Source: Pelomyxa schiedti (lineage: Eukaryota; Protista; Evosea). From it: DNA of 35,143 nucleotides. The stretch spans positions 1-35,143 of the forward strand of contig JAHLWZ010000973.1 in the NCBI GenBank assembly GCA_020536535.1, given 5' to 3'. Below, piece by piece: positions 1 through 12,271 of the stretch. The notes under the pieces are model-generated. The model was not told the origin of the DNA and did not search any database. It saw nothing but the letters and a program-made list of their open reading frames with translations. Positions within the stretch are counted from its first letter, which is position 1. Each line of letters opens with the position of its first letter. A program made the translations under genes and the position numbers.

Positions 1-336
1 AAACAGAGAAGATAAATGGAAACCTACCAGAGCACCAGCGCCCCTGCATCATTATCTTCAAGGACCTGTGTTGATGTGGGAACAAGAATAAAAAACAAAA
101 CCAAACTAAACAAAAACGAAATAAAACAAACTTAAATAGCAGGAGACAAAGTGAGAAATAAAAAAAATACTGACTGAGGTGTTTAAATTAAAGTAAATTA
201 CATTAATAAATAAATAAGCATACCAATGGCGGAGCCCTTTCAGGAGGGGAAACTTGAAAACGGTGGTACGCTGCTGGGATTGAGAGGCCGAAACTGTGAA
301 GTTGCATGCATCCTCAAGCACTTGAAACACCGGCAT
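1..336 (-). CDS. 5' part of an intron-containing gene of unknown function, running off the left edge
   Basis: ATG at 336 (MPVFQVLEDACNFTV...KGLRH), GTATGC donor at about 223, pyrimidine-rich intron ending CAG at about 66, short next exon, then another GT. Reading frame is ambiguous and no family was recognised. Confidence 0.4.
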
Positions 337-540
337 AGTGGACCCAAACCTTAGATTTTTTGTTTTGTTTCCTTTTCCTCCCAACGCCAACCGCAAACAA
401 ACGACCCCTCCCAAGTGTAAAAACTCCTGCCCGCTCCAGTCTTTTGTACGGTTATTCAAAATTTGGGGCTTCATGCCTGACGAAATGAAGGCCTCACTCT
501 CATCACATTTGCACACCGGTGTAAACTCAAAATCGCCCTC

Positions 541-1775
541 ATGTCATCAACTCTATTGGGGCACACCCTTTACTTGTCGGACGGCCGCCGTGTCGATTAT
601 GCCACAGGGGGTGACCCAAGCAGCACCCGCGTAGTTTTCAGCATCCACGGGGTGTTTGGCGTGGGCCGCGTGGCCCCTCACGTCTCCTCGTTCTTCTCGT
701 CGCTGGGGTGGCGCGTGGTGGCGCCCACGCTGCCCGGCTGGGGCGCGTCCTCGCCGTGGCCCCGCGGGCTGGCTCTCGCCCACTACGCCCTGGACATGCA
801 GCAGATACTCAGCGACGCCCTCGGGGGGGGCCGCGACCCCGCCCGCGTCGTGGTGTTCGGGGGCAGCTGGGGGAGCGTGTGGGCCCTCGCCTGCGCCGCG
901 TGCGCCCCGCCTGGGTACGTCTCGGGCCTGTATGTGCTTGGGGGGTTCAGCCCGTTTAGGGAGCACTACGACTACACCGAGGGGATGACGTGGCTCAACT
1001 GGCTGTCGGTGGGGCGCCCGTCTAGGTGGTGGCCTCTATCTTGGCTTCAGCCGGCTGTTGGGTGGCTCCTTCAGAAAAAGGTATGGGGGCAAAAACAACC
1101 TATCTGGGTTCATTGGGCAGTAGTTAGTTGTTTTCATATCTCCTTTATCTTTCTCTCTGTATCTATCACACAACTCCTTTCTGGTGGTGGGGAGAGAATT
1201 CAATTCCAGTTTTTGCTACCAATCAACTCGAACCTCAATGAACCTTGAAGATAGCCGGAAATGTACCAGGGAGCCTAGAGCTGCTCCGCAGCATACTCAC
1301 CGGGCCATCCGCAATGACCACTGAAGAGCGGACTATACTCTCAGACTGGGCACTCAGCAAAGGCACCACTTTTGATGACTGGGAGCTAGGCATGGCGCGT
1401 GACATGGCACATAGCGTGGAGCACACCCTCGATGGATACCTTGATGTCCCGGACCTGCTCAACGGTGACTGGGGATTCTCTCTGAGCCAAATCCAGATTG
1501 CCGCGGATTCTGGGGATGGAACGGGAGCTGAAACGTCGACGACGGCACACCCCACAGTGCTGAGGATCGCAGGACCTGGGGAAATCCCGCCTAAGCTCCC
1601 TCGTGTTGTAATTGCTGGGGCAGTTAGGGACCACTTGGCACCAATTGCAATGCAGAGGTACCTGGCTGAGAACATACCTGGGGCACAATTCATTGAGCTA
1701 CAAGGAAACCACATCAGTGGCATCACAACCATGGACAGAATCTTCATGGCCATAATTAATTCTCTCGAACCCTGA
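541..1775 (+). CDS. Alpha/beta-fold hydrolase (Abhydrolase_1/6-like), 2 exons (541-1080, 1251-1775)
   Basis: LSDGRRVDYATGGDP..VFSIHG N-terminal motif, PGWGAS, nucleophile elbow GGSWG, candidate acid RDHLAP and His GNHISG. A phase-0 GT..AG intron at 1081-1250 joins the two ORFs in frame. Confidence 0.88.
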
Positions 1776-1881
1776 TTTACTTACAAGTCCATCACAAACG
1801 CAAAACCCACCCTGAGCCTCGTAAATACAAGATTTCTAAACCTCCACTGTGATCACGTCGAACCAAATTCATTTTCTTTTG

Positions 1882-4800
1882 ATGGTTGGTAGCCGAAGAG
1901 TCATAGCCCTTGTTCTTGTGGTTGCTTCGGCAAGTTGGTGTTTGGCGTTGGACACTCTGTCCTACGTCGACCCGCTGATTGGCACTTATGGGTTCATTGA
2001 GGGGTACGTTCAGAACCTCTGTTCCTTCTATTTCAAACATGAACTCTATTTGTAGGCTCATAGAGCTTCCTCCAGGACCACAGACACCATTTGGGTTAGT
2101 CAGGGTTGGTCCTGATACTTGTGAAACCCAGGACTGTGTTAATGTGGCCTCCAGGCATAATGGTCCTGATTTTCACTTTTTTTTTTGGTATGTGCCTTCT
2201 TAAAAAGAAAAACAGGAGGTTATTGGTGGGGAGATAGCAATATTAGAACAATTTCCCATTTACACACAGTTGGTGCTGGCATTATTGACTATGGTTCAAA
2301 GACTTTCTTTTGTTGTACCAAAACTTAGGTTTTCCAAAGGTACCATTGGAGTAATGCCCATGAATCATATTCCAACCTCTGATGTTTGCTGGCCAATGTT
2401 TTGTTTACTACTCAACTACTTTAGGACCTCCTTGCTTTTGGTTTCCATTCCAACTTTTCACATGCTACAGAAACAGTCGAAGCAGGTTACTATGCTGTCA
2501 CTCTTGAAACCCCCAATGTAAGGTGTGGTGATCTTTTTCCATGGAGTTTGTAACCTTAATTTTCATAGGGCTGAGTTAACTGCCTCTGATTATGTTGGTG
2601 TCCACAGGTTTTTATGTTTATCCATCAACTCCTTTAATTGGTTCAGGTACACCTTTCTATCTGATGCATCCACAGAGAAAGTTATACTGTTTGATACCGC
2701 GTGTGTTCCCCAACCAATTATTATTGATAAATTAAACTGAAGGAAAGGTACACTCTACGCACCCTAAGTGGTTGTGCAGACGCTAGTACCACAATTGACG
2801 TAAAAAATAATGAGGTAAAACTGCACAATTCAGTAATTAGGTTAATGCAATTATTAGATCTCTGGATGGGTTCTTGAGATGGGTGAACTATCTGAAAGAT
2901 TTGGTGGCTTCACTACTTATTTTGTTGCAACTTTCAGCAGTAAATTCACGAGCCATGGCGTCTGGGATGGATTCATGGTAAAGAATTGCGATTCTTCTTT
3001 CTCTTTAATGAAGCTAGATTAGGCCATTTGAAACTACATCTTCCGGCTGTGGACGGGAACAATTCAATAGCACGTAAGACTTGTCCAAATATTGAACAAA
3101 ACCTCACCTTCTGTAGGGGTGCATATGTAGCATTCTCGAGTTCCATTGTAGAGGTATATATTTCGGTGTTATTTTTGCTCCATTACACTTTTCTCCATTA
3201 GGTATATGTTGGCATTTCTTCCATTAGTGTAGAGCAAGCCCGTACAAACTTACAGCAAGTACAAAACATGAATTTCGACCAAGTTCGCTCTCAAACACAG
3301 GTATCCACCAAGGGTTTTCCCTTCTCCCATGATTCTTCTAGGAATTATGGCAAGATAAATTGAATGAGATTGAAATTGAAGGAAATGAAACCAACAAGGT
3401 CAAGGTTAGTAGTGCATCTTCTCCTTTTTTTGAATTTCTCACCGTAGTAGTTTTATACTGCTTTGTATCACACGCTTTTGGCTCCAACAACTTTCTCTGA
3501 GCTTGGTATACTTTCTTTGCAGTCCGAGATTCTTGCATTGACTTTGTAAGGTGGTTATTATATGGGATTTGACATGCAAGTTCACAGTCTACCATCCAGT
3601 CAAGATAGATATCTAAGCGATCTCTCAATATGGGATACATTCCGCACGTACTGTCTTTCCAAGAAAGCTTATTCACTAATCAACGAAGTCAGGGACCATG
3701 GCTCGCTATATTAGAGCCCGAAATTGCCAGGGATACAGTTCGATCCATAATATTGCAGTTTCAGCAAGGTACCCCGACTAAAATAAGGAAATATTTACAA
3801 TATTACAGGAGGAAGCCTTCCCAAGTGGCCATTAGCTTATGGATATACTGGATGCAGTATGTTTACTTTTAGGTTTCTATTTGTACTAACGACTATGTAG
3901 TGGTTGGCAATCATGCCATTATTCTAATTGTAGATGCCTGGAAAAAAGGTTTTTCAGATTTACCCAGTGAAATCAAGTGATAAAGGCCAGGAATTACCGA
4001 CTTTGATACCAATGCTGCTTATACGGGCATGAAATATGCTGCAACGGAGACAATGGAATATGACACACGAATAGGTTTGATTGTACTTACTATTTTCTAC
4101 GGCTCACTTCCAGTAGATGTGGAAGACTGGATATCTCTTGGATATATCCCATATGACGTTGCCACTAAAGGTGCTTCACTCACACTAGATTACTCGTATG
4201 TGTGATACCTGTGACTTTCCTAAACTTCATTTTAGTTATGATGACTGGGCTCTCTCCACTTTTGCACAGGACATAGGCATATCAATTATGTTGTGGTAAC
4301 TTCTGATTTCCACAGGGAAATATGAAGATGCAACGATGTTCAGTCTTCGTGGCAAAAACTACAAAAACGTATGGAATTCAGAGTTCCAGTAAGCAAAAAA
4401 AGGTATCAATGGTACTTAACCAGTTTCCAGATTCTTCTGCCCCAAAACAAAGGACGGTGTGTGGGAGTGCCCAAAAACGGAAGCTGGTTGGCTGGACCCA
4501 TTCGATTGGAGATACACAGAGGGTGACGCCTGGCACTACAGGTTACGAGAGGAGTAATAGCGGACTTATTACTTAACTCTATTCAGGTTTTTCGTGCCAT
4601 ATGACGTTGAAGGTTTGATAGAATTATTTGGATCGAATGATACATATGTTCAACAGCTTGAGATCTTCATGGAGAAGTCACAAAGAGACCCCCTCACGGC
4701 AATGCCAAATTCTTACTTCTGGGCTGGTAGGAAGTGTATCATTGATCTATTTTTGACAACAAGCTGTACAGGAAATGAGCATAACATGGCGAGTCCGTTC

Positions 4801-5341
4801 CTTTTCAACAACGCCGGGCGCCCTGATTTGACACAAAAGTGAGTTCTATGTCTCTATTCCAAACATTCTAATCATTCCACTTGCAAGGCACGTTCGCTGG
4901 GTACTAGATAATAGATTTGACACCTCCCCTGGCGGATTACCTGGGAATGAGGACTATGGTGAACTTCCCATTTCCGGCCTTCACCGTTTCAGCACATTAA
5001 CTCCCGATTTTCACAGGAACTGTTTCAGCGTGGTTTACATTTGCAGCCCTGGGATTCTTCCCCATGGCAGGAAGTTCCACTTATTTCCTTTCATCACCAC
5101 TTTTTGACAAGGCCACGATACACGCCCCGTCTGGAGATATCACGATACTAGCATACAACAACTCTGCTACTAATGTACAATACAGCCCATATCCCCGCAA
5201 TTCCTTGACCTTCGCCAGATATATGTTGAGGCCTTTTACATCAATGGTGTGAAGTGGGCCAGCCCATTCTTTGACCACTCTGACATCACTGGCACAACAA
5301 CCCTTGAGTTTTACATGTCCCCAACGCCACAATCCCTATGA
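1882..5341 (+). CDS. Glycoside hydrolase family 92 (alpha-1,2-mannosidase-like), secreted/lysosomal, about 27 introns
   Basis: Signal peptide, then YVDPLIGT, PGPQTPFGLVRVGPDT, FYTALYHTLLAP, SIWDTFRT, TEGDAWHY, YFWAGNEH, GLPGNEDYGTVSAW, LGFFP and SPLFDKATI. These GH92 motifs appear in order after manual splicing. TGA at 5339-5341. Confidence 0.93.
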
Positions 5342-5439
5342 GACAGTAATTTCTCTTCCTCAGAGATAAACAACAAAAACTTTCCAGCACATCAAATTGG
5401 GTAGGCTTAGAAGAAAAGCGAAAAACATAAAAGAAAAAA

Positions 5440-7628
5440 ATGGCGGCGGTTACACCAACAGCACCAAGGCCACAGTGGAAATGTAGCGCAGGGCATTTGT
5501 TGCAATCAAGACAGCTGGCACAACTAGCACGTGAGGAAATTGCTTACAGAACGGGGTGAGTGTGTCAACTTGTTGTTGTAATTGAGCAGAATGGGAAAAA
5601 AAACGGAGGGTCAGTGTGCGTGTGGGGGTATCGGGTTGAGATCAGCCATTTGTGTGGTGCTGGGTGGTGTGGAAGATCTGGGTTGGTCTGACTCGAGCAA
5701 AATAGGTACCGGTGCGATGGCTGCGGTACACCCTCGACGGTTGACCCCATCTTGCATTGTTCTTTGTGCAACTACGACATGTGCCCTACTTGTGTCACCG
5801 CCAACGTATTTTTCTTCTTTTCAATTATGGATTTGTGGCCAATTTACATAGATGATGTGTGACAATGGTCATGGGCTAAAGGAAACAACTTTAGAAAAAA
5901 TGGCAAAGGTAACAGTGGGCTATAAACGTGGGTTCATATGCAATCACTGCAGGTAGTGTAATGCAAGCCTATAAGGGGTGTTTATGATTTTTCTCCCAGG
6001 AGTTCTTTTGTTGACAGTTCACTACCATGGGGTGTTAAGCACAAAGTATGGCACTGCGACGTTTGTCAGTATGACTTGGTTTAGTACCCCAAATTTGTTT
6101 TCTTCCTCTTAAAAATAACCTTAAAGGATGAAGGTTGCGCGGGGGGCCTGGTATTCACCCCAAAAAAATATTTAATAACTCAACTGAATCACAGAAAAAA
6201 TGGAAGACCTTTCCCACCCTGCAGTGTGACAATGGACATATACTCTTTTCTCGTACTCATGCACAACTAAAAGCAGAAACTTCTGATTACACCCGAGGTA
6301 CTATTGCATGGAGAAAAGCAGAAACTTCATATGGGAATAGGCGCAATCTGTAATCGTTGCAGAAATGATGCTGTTTACCCTGTCTTGCATTGCGCTACAT
6401 GCTCTTATGACTTATGCAGTCTGTGTACTTCCGAGACCCTGGAGCAGAGGTAGGCTTCTCCCACGAGTGCAACATAACTTGGTTCAAACTCTACTTAGTC
6501 AAGTTCCGGCAAAAGAAGTTTCACCGGTTATAACTCCAGAAGCCGCACTACTTGCTATCAAGGAAACTCCTTGCCCAGTGCGACTTCCTTTGTCGAATAA
6601 ATTGGGTGGCAATTAGTCTTACTTCTTTTACCTAAGATTTGCGAAGAGCCAGCACGGATAAAAATCGCCAACTGCAGTCATCAATTTTGTTTGGAATGTT
6701 CTATCCAGACACTGCAGGTTGATTTTTGAAGATTCTTAACTTAACTGAAATCAGATGGTAATGGGTAATGGACAATTTCCTGGCAGATGTCCCACCTGCA
6801 AAGTTCAAGCCGCAACAGCGACTGGTGCAGAGCTCCTGCAACAGTACATTGAACCGACTCTACTATTATCTCTCTTGAATGTTTCTTTCTTTAGGGGTTA
6901 CATATTTTTCCCCTGTAATTATCTTCTGACTGTGGTTAGATTCTACTCTTTGGAAAGGAACTACAGCTGCAGAGTATATTCGCCGGTTCAATGCCCAACA
7001 ACTGCAGTATATCATAACTACATCAGAAACTAACAAGTATTTAATTCCTGAGAAATACTGGCACAAATAACGAAAACAAAAGTCATCTGCGTGCGGCTTG
7101 TCCACAGTGCTCCACCATCGTAGTGGGCGGAAATAGTTTGACCGAGCCTTGTGTTAGGTGCTTCAATCCAGCATGTGCCATACTTTTCTGTAGAAATTGT
7201 AAGATCCCGTGGCACAGAGACCTTAGTTGTGAACAACATACAGCCCAAGCAGCACGTTAGTTAGAAATATACTCTTTTATGTGTAACCTTGAGAATCTAG
7301 GTGTAGAGGAAACAGAAAAGCTTCTTAAAGCCACATCGAAGCCATGCCCCAAATGTGGTTCACTCATCTCACATTACAAAAGTCATGGGTGTCACCATAT
7401 ACGACCCGGAACCGGCTGCCCCAGCTGTCACACGCACTTTTGTTACCTGTATTTATCCCCCCAGTTGTATCCTTCACTCACTTCTTACAAAGGTGCCTTG
7501 GGCCTTATCCCTGCCGGTCCGGGTGTTCTCTATTTTGCACAGCAACCTGTGGTTGTCCTCCATGCCCCGATTGCACCAAGGGACACCCTTGCAGTAACTG
7601 CACCGGGTGTGATGTATGCCGTGTATAA
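5440..7628 (+). CDS. RBR (RING1-IBR-RING2) E3 ubiquitin ligase with three N-terminal ZZ/C1-like zinc-finger repeats
   Basis: Three repeats of C-x2-GH...Y-x2-G-x2-C-x2-C...HC-x2-C-x-YD. RING1 CPICEEP..CSHQFCLEC..RCPTC; IBR CPQC..CFNPACAILFCRNCKIPWH..C; RING2 KPCPKC..GCHH..CPSCHTHFCYLCL; Cys-rich tail. Confidence 0.85.
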
Positions 7629-7791
7629 CCAACACATTCCTCCCTGCCTGGTTCTTTGCAAAAACCAAGTCAGTAAAAACAAGGCATAGCCGCGGAAGTT
7701 GTCTTTGCTTCTTTTTTTTATTTTACGAAAGGGAAAGAGTGTAGGGAAGAACACTCCGCCCGAAACACACAAAATGAAACACAAGTATCTC

Positions 7792-8629
7792 TTACTCGCT
7801 CCACTCCCTGGAGATCCTGAGAATGTAGGCGAACTTCAAGTGGGTCTTGTTGTCGTCGTCCACGAACTTCATCTTGGACTTGTAATCTCCCCTGAGGAGC
7901 ATGCCCGAGGGAGCTTCGTTCCAGTCGAGGCGGGGGAGCTCGAGTGTCTGGTACTCGTTCTTTGGCGGGTACGTGCCCAGCATCTCCTCGTCAGACGCGA
8001 CGGTCTTGCCGAGTTTGCTTACGTTGTTGAGAATCTTGAGTCCCAGTACGACGTTGTGCTGTACGCGGAATGTAACTGTGAAGGGAAAGAACCGCCCGCC
8101 GTAAGTACAAGTACGTTTGGGTTGGGGTGGGGAGATGGTGAGGTGGAAGTGTGGTTGTTAATATAATACTCATCACTACAGAGGGTAAGGGTGCTGGAGA
8201 GAAGAAAAATTACCGCGGATCTTGAATTCGGAGCCTTCCTTGACAACCATTGGTGTGGAGGCGGCACGTCGGACGTCATCTTCGTTGTTAAATCTAAGCA
8301 CCACTGGGGGGTGATCCTATTTGTTTTCGTTAAACGTGAACATTCCCCAGTAAGGTACGGGTGTGGTACATGGTAGTGCGAAATAAAAATAAAAAAACCA
8401 CTGAACAAACGACACAAGAGCGATGTGGGGGACAAAACAAACGAGAGAACGCAATTACCCTGAAGATGATGGCAAACTCGCTGATGACGACGCGTCGAGG
8501 GTCGTCAGCAGGGCCGACGTAATTGGGGTCAATACCGAGGGACTCTAGGTATTTCTTCATAGCGGGGTCGGCTTTTTCCTTCTCATAGTGCGCAGCTAAA
8601 TCGACTTCAGCCGGTGGTACTGCTGCCAT
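7792..8629 (-). CDS. RhoGDI: Rho GDP-dissociation inhibitor
   Basis: KADPAMKKYLESLG, DPRRVVI, MLGTYPP, EAPSGMLLRGDYKSKMKFVDDD..HL...LRISREW match the RhoGDI family. Two introns. Confidence 0.93.
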
Positions 8630-9551
8630 TGGTGTTGGTTTTGTTGGTTTGTTTTTTTTATTTTAAAGTTGACTTTTAGGTTTTTTTTTCGTTGCTTCCC
8701 GATTTTTTTCGCAAGAAACTGCCTTCAAAAAAACGGTAAATTGGGAGGAGACACACAGCACAGTTGCCCCTCTCGATGGTTTTTGAGATTACATCTCTAA
8801 ACACACCACCCGGATTGGAGAGGCTGTTGTTCAGAAGGAGTGAGGTGTCTTTTAACAGGCGAGCCGGGGTTTGATGTAGATTGATCTGGCAGCTGGGAAC
8901 TGAATCAGAAAAAACAACAAAAGAAAGTCCAGCCAGATGATGCACGTACCTCTGGGTGCTGGACAGTCTATGGCGATAGATCCGGCAGTATGGACGTAGG
9001 TAGCACAGCGGTTTCTTGTGTGGAGGCTATAGCGGGAGATCTAACGATGAATGCGTGACAGGGCTATTGGCAAGAAGTACGACGGGTACTTGATCCAGTA
9101 CAAGCGATGCCTGTTGAACAAGTACTGTTCTCCCTTTGACGTGCCCCCTTGTGGTAGCCCTTCATTTTTATTGAGCTTCAACAGCCTCGTGCCTTTCGTT
9201 TACTTTAACAACACAGAACCTCCCGCACCACAAGTACTCGAAAAGAGAGAAATTGGTGGCGTGACCTGGACCGCAAGCACTGTCCCCATGCAACAACTCT
9301 ACATGCCCATCAAAGGATGCACGTCCCCAAACAGCACTGCGCCTCAGCGCTCACATTCATCATCCTAAAGCCCAATCTTCTGCCTGTGCTCCATGCCCAG
9401 GCCTTTGTAACTGAACCAATTCGCTGTCCCTTGTATAAGTAATTCTTATCCATAGGACCCGTTTTTGTCTGGTCGTTGTGCATTTTTGATTACGATCCTT
9501 TTGATTTCGCGACAGCGAAACAGTCGTGGTAGCTGTCGAGTATCTCGTAAA

Positions 9552-11274
9552 ATGTTTATGCGAGTGCAACATGACTGGGAACTGTCGACAGACATTGGCG
9601 ATTCCATCTGGGTGTCGTTCTACGACCATCACGTCGGCAGTGGCCCAACATCGAGCGTCACGCCGCCAGTAACGACTACAACAACAACATCAACAGCAAG
9701 GACCGCCAGTTCAGAGTGCAACATCAGCGATGGTGCCAGCACGACTACCACGGGTCACGGCGGCACCACAAACGTCGAGGAAGAGGACCGCGACCTGACG
9801 CCACTTGTGCAGAGGCACGGGCACGTGGCGTGGGCTGAGGCCGAGGAGGGCACGGGCACGGGCACGGGCACGGGCACGGGCACGGGCACGAGGAGGAGGC
9901 TTGTGGGTGACGGAGTGGTTGTCGATGTGGTGTCCCATAATCCGGCAAAGTGCTGCATGGCTCTGAGGCCTCACCGGGAGCCCGGCCACGATTCCACGGA
10001 TCCTGTACAGAAGTTTGTTCATGCAAGGAGGAACACACAGATACCGTTCCGTCCATTGTGTTGTGCGGTGAGAGTTATATCCTTCTCTACTCTTATACTA
10101 GATACATTCTCTTCTCCACCTTTTTTTTTTTTTTTTTTTTTTTGGGAGAAAGTCATCTAAACAACACCAAAGGTATCTTGTACTGGAGAGCTGGTTGTTG
10201 TGGCTGGAGAGGATGGGAACGCTATCGTGCTGGATGCTTCACCTTCTTCTTTGGGTTCTGCCAGTGCAAGTGCTAGCTCGGGCGACACTACTGGCGTCAA
10301 GGCTACTCTAACGGGCCATTTCGCTGATATCAATTCAGTGAAATTCTTTCCCTCTGGCAAGGTAATCCTTACTGGGTCCAGTGATTTTCAAATGAAGGTT
10401 TGGCTTCTCATTTGCCGGCACTTTTCCCAACATACCCCAGATATGGGATGCCTTCGCTGGTCGATGCGCAACCACACTAAAAGGACACACCAGTGGAGTG
10501 CTGGGAACTGGAATAGTTGACCGCGGTCGTAACATTACTTCATGCTCTCGAGACGGGACAGTACGCCTATGGTACAACCATCAACTACTGTACACACACA
10601 ATCTAATACAACCCAACAGGGAAGTGCCAAGCCAAACAGTGATTTCGGTGCTTTACAAAGGAACTCACCCAGTGTGGGCAATAGATATGGGGACAACCTC
10701 AGCCGCCGCACCTCCCTACTGGAGGACACCCGATTTTGAAGTACCAGAGCCGGACCCCCGTGAGGTCAGCACTGACACATGCCTTGTGCTGGCAGCCTGT
10801 GGGGACGGTTCCATCCGGCTGCTAGACACGCGGTGCCGGAGGGTGGCAACATCCTGGGACAGAGCAAGTGCCGGAGTGGGAGATGGAGTGTACCCAACAG
10901 GTTGCTGCTTCCGCTCCATTGGCTCGCAACAACACGTATTTGGTGGATACAGCTGTGGTGGTGTAGTTATGTGGGACTTGAGGCAGGGAACCCCGACACC
11001 AAACCCAACACAAACAGGCATGAAGCGAGCACTGGTGTCAGACGGGGCAGCAGTCACCGAAGCTTACAGTGATCCCACACATGAAAACTTAGTGTGGGTA
11101 AGCTCAAGTGATGGACTGCTGTGTGCTTGGGATGTGGCCTCAATGTCTCCAGCGATGTGGCTAACTGGCCCTAATTGTGACTCTGTTGGGGGTTTTGCCA
11201 TTGGCCCTGATGAGGCAGTATTTTCTGTGTGTAGGGATAAGTCACTGAGATATTATAAATGCACCCTTTGTTGA
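9552..11274 (+). CDS. PAAF1: Proteasomal ATPase-associated factor 1 (Rpn14), WD40 protein
   Basis: N-terminal RVQHDW..IWVSFY. The segment GHFADINSVKFFPSGKVILTGSSDFQMKIWD..TLKGH..GVLGTGIVDRGRNITSCSRDGTVRLW closely follows the PAAF1 WD repeats. Confidence 0.88.
9848..9890 (+). repeat. (GGGCAC)n hexamer repeat encoding (GT)n inside PAAF1 exon 1
   Basis: About seven tandem GGGCAC units are visible. Confidence 0.9.
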
Positions 11275-11330
11275 TCTTGTTTTCTCTTTATTTTTTGTAC
11301 AATAAATTCACAATTCAGAAACAAATTGCC

Positions 11331-12074
11331 TCAATTCAGGACCCGGCCTCCTGCAGCTTGAATTCTTATAGAGTAAATGGCACAGAAGTGGTCATGTCCA
11401 GATAAAATAGTGAACTTGAAAAACTTTGCAGCCATGCTTAACTTGAATTAAAGTCAGTAGAGGTGGTGGTACGAAAAAAAAAACCTGGTGTGCTTCATTC
11501 TGCACTTTGCCTTTGGTGTCTGGTAATTCTTGGATGGAGGTCAATACAATATTCATATAAACAGTTCATGAAACCTTTATTTATAACTTCTTGCCATGTT
11601 GCGTTTGCAGTAGAAAGTATGGAAATGGAAAATCGTTTTACTATATTTAGATATTAAAAAGAGTTTGGAAACACGATGGCACACTGTTTCGAGAAGTTAT
11701 CCTAATTTCAGCAATCTTAGTATCCTCTCTAATACCAAGTACAATTTCTTGGGGGTACATCCCAGTGGTAGTATAAAAAGTATCTGAAGAACTTTTTCTA
11801 TGAAGTTAAAAAAATATACAAACACCCATACACGGAATAACGAATATTACAATATACAACGCAATTTACAACCCAAAACTATGTAACCATCCCCTAAGTT
11901 TGAACTCGAAGGAGCACACAAGCACACTTACTTTGTGAGCGCATGAGCAGGAGGGTGCTTCAGGTCATGCGAAGTTGCAACCACGTCCATCACCGAGGGC
12001 GATGATGCCACCCACTTATCCAGAGTCACAGCAGGGGACCCACCACCAGTGTTGGTGCCTCCTCCTGATGGCAT
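11331..12074 (-). CDS. IFT25: Intraflagellar transport protein 25 (HSPB11), 5 exons, missing from the ORF track
   Basis: Spliced translation ...VVATSHDLKHPPAHALTKKSSSDTFYTTTGMYPQEIVL..KELPDTKGKVQNE..FKFTILSGHDHFCAIYSI. This aligns by eye with human HSPB11 (ATSSDEKHPP..TFWTTTGMFPQEF..LQNE..RFIIVSAFDHFASVHSV). Four GT-AG introns. Confidence 0.9.
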
Positions 12075-12271
12075 TGATGCATTATTGGGCTGCCTACCGC
12101 TCCTGTTCGTTTTGTTCCATGTTACATCACCAATACATATGGGCAGTCTTTAAATCAAGAATGGTGAGGCACCGTACCTCATTTCTATGTGGTGGTGTTG
12201 TTTAGCTTGGGCAAGAGAACCGGGAATTCGGATTTCGTGGAAACTATCAGACTGGTGGTGACCATTGCGAA

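Noticed and set aside
465-530. CTGACGA inside a small hairpin, resembling a hammerhead core
   Set aside because: There is no correctly placed GAAA after a stem II and no stem I/III pairing.
1882-5341. Alternative genetic code or pseudogenisation as the cause of ORF fragmentation
   Set aside because: The stops are removed by short GT(GC)-AG introns, giving a continuous standard-code frame.
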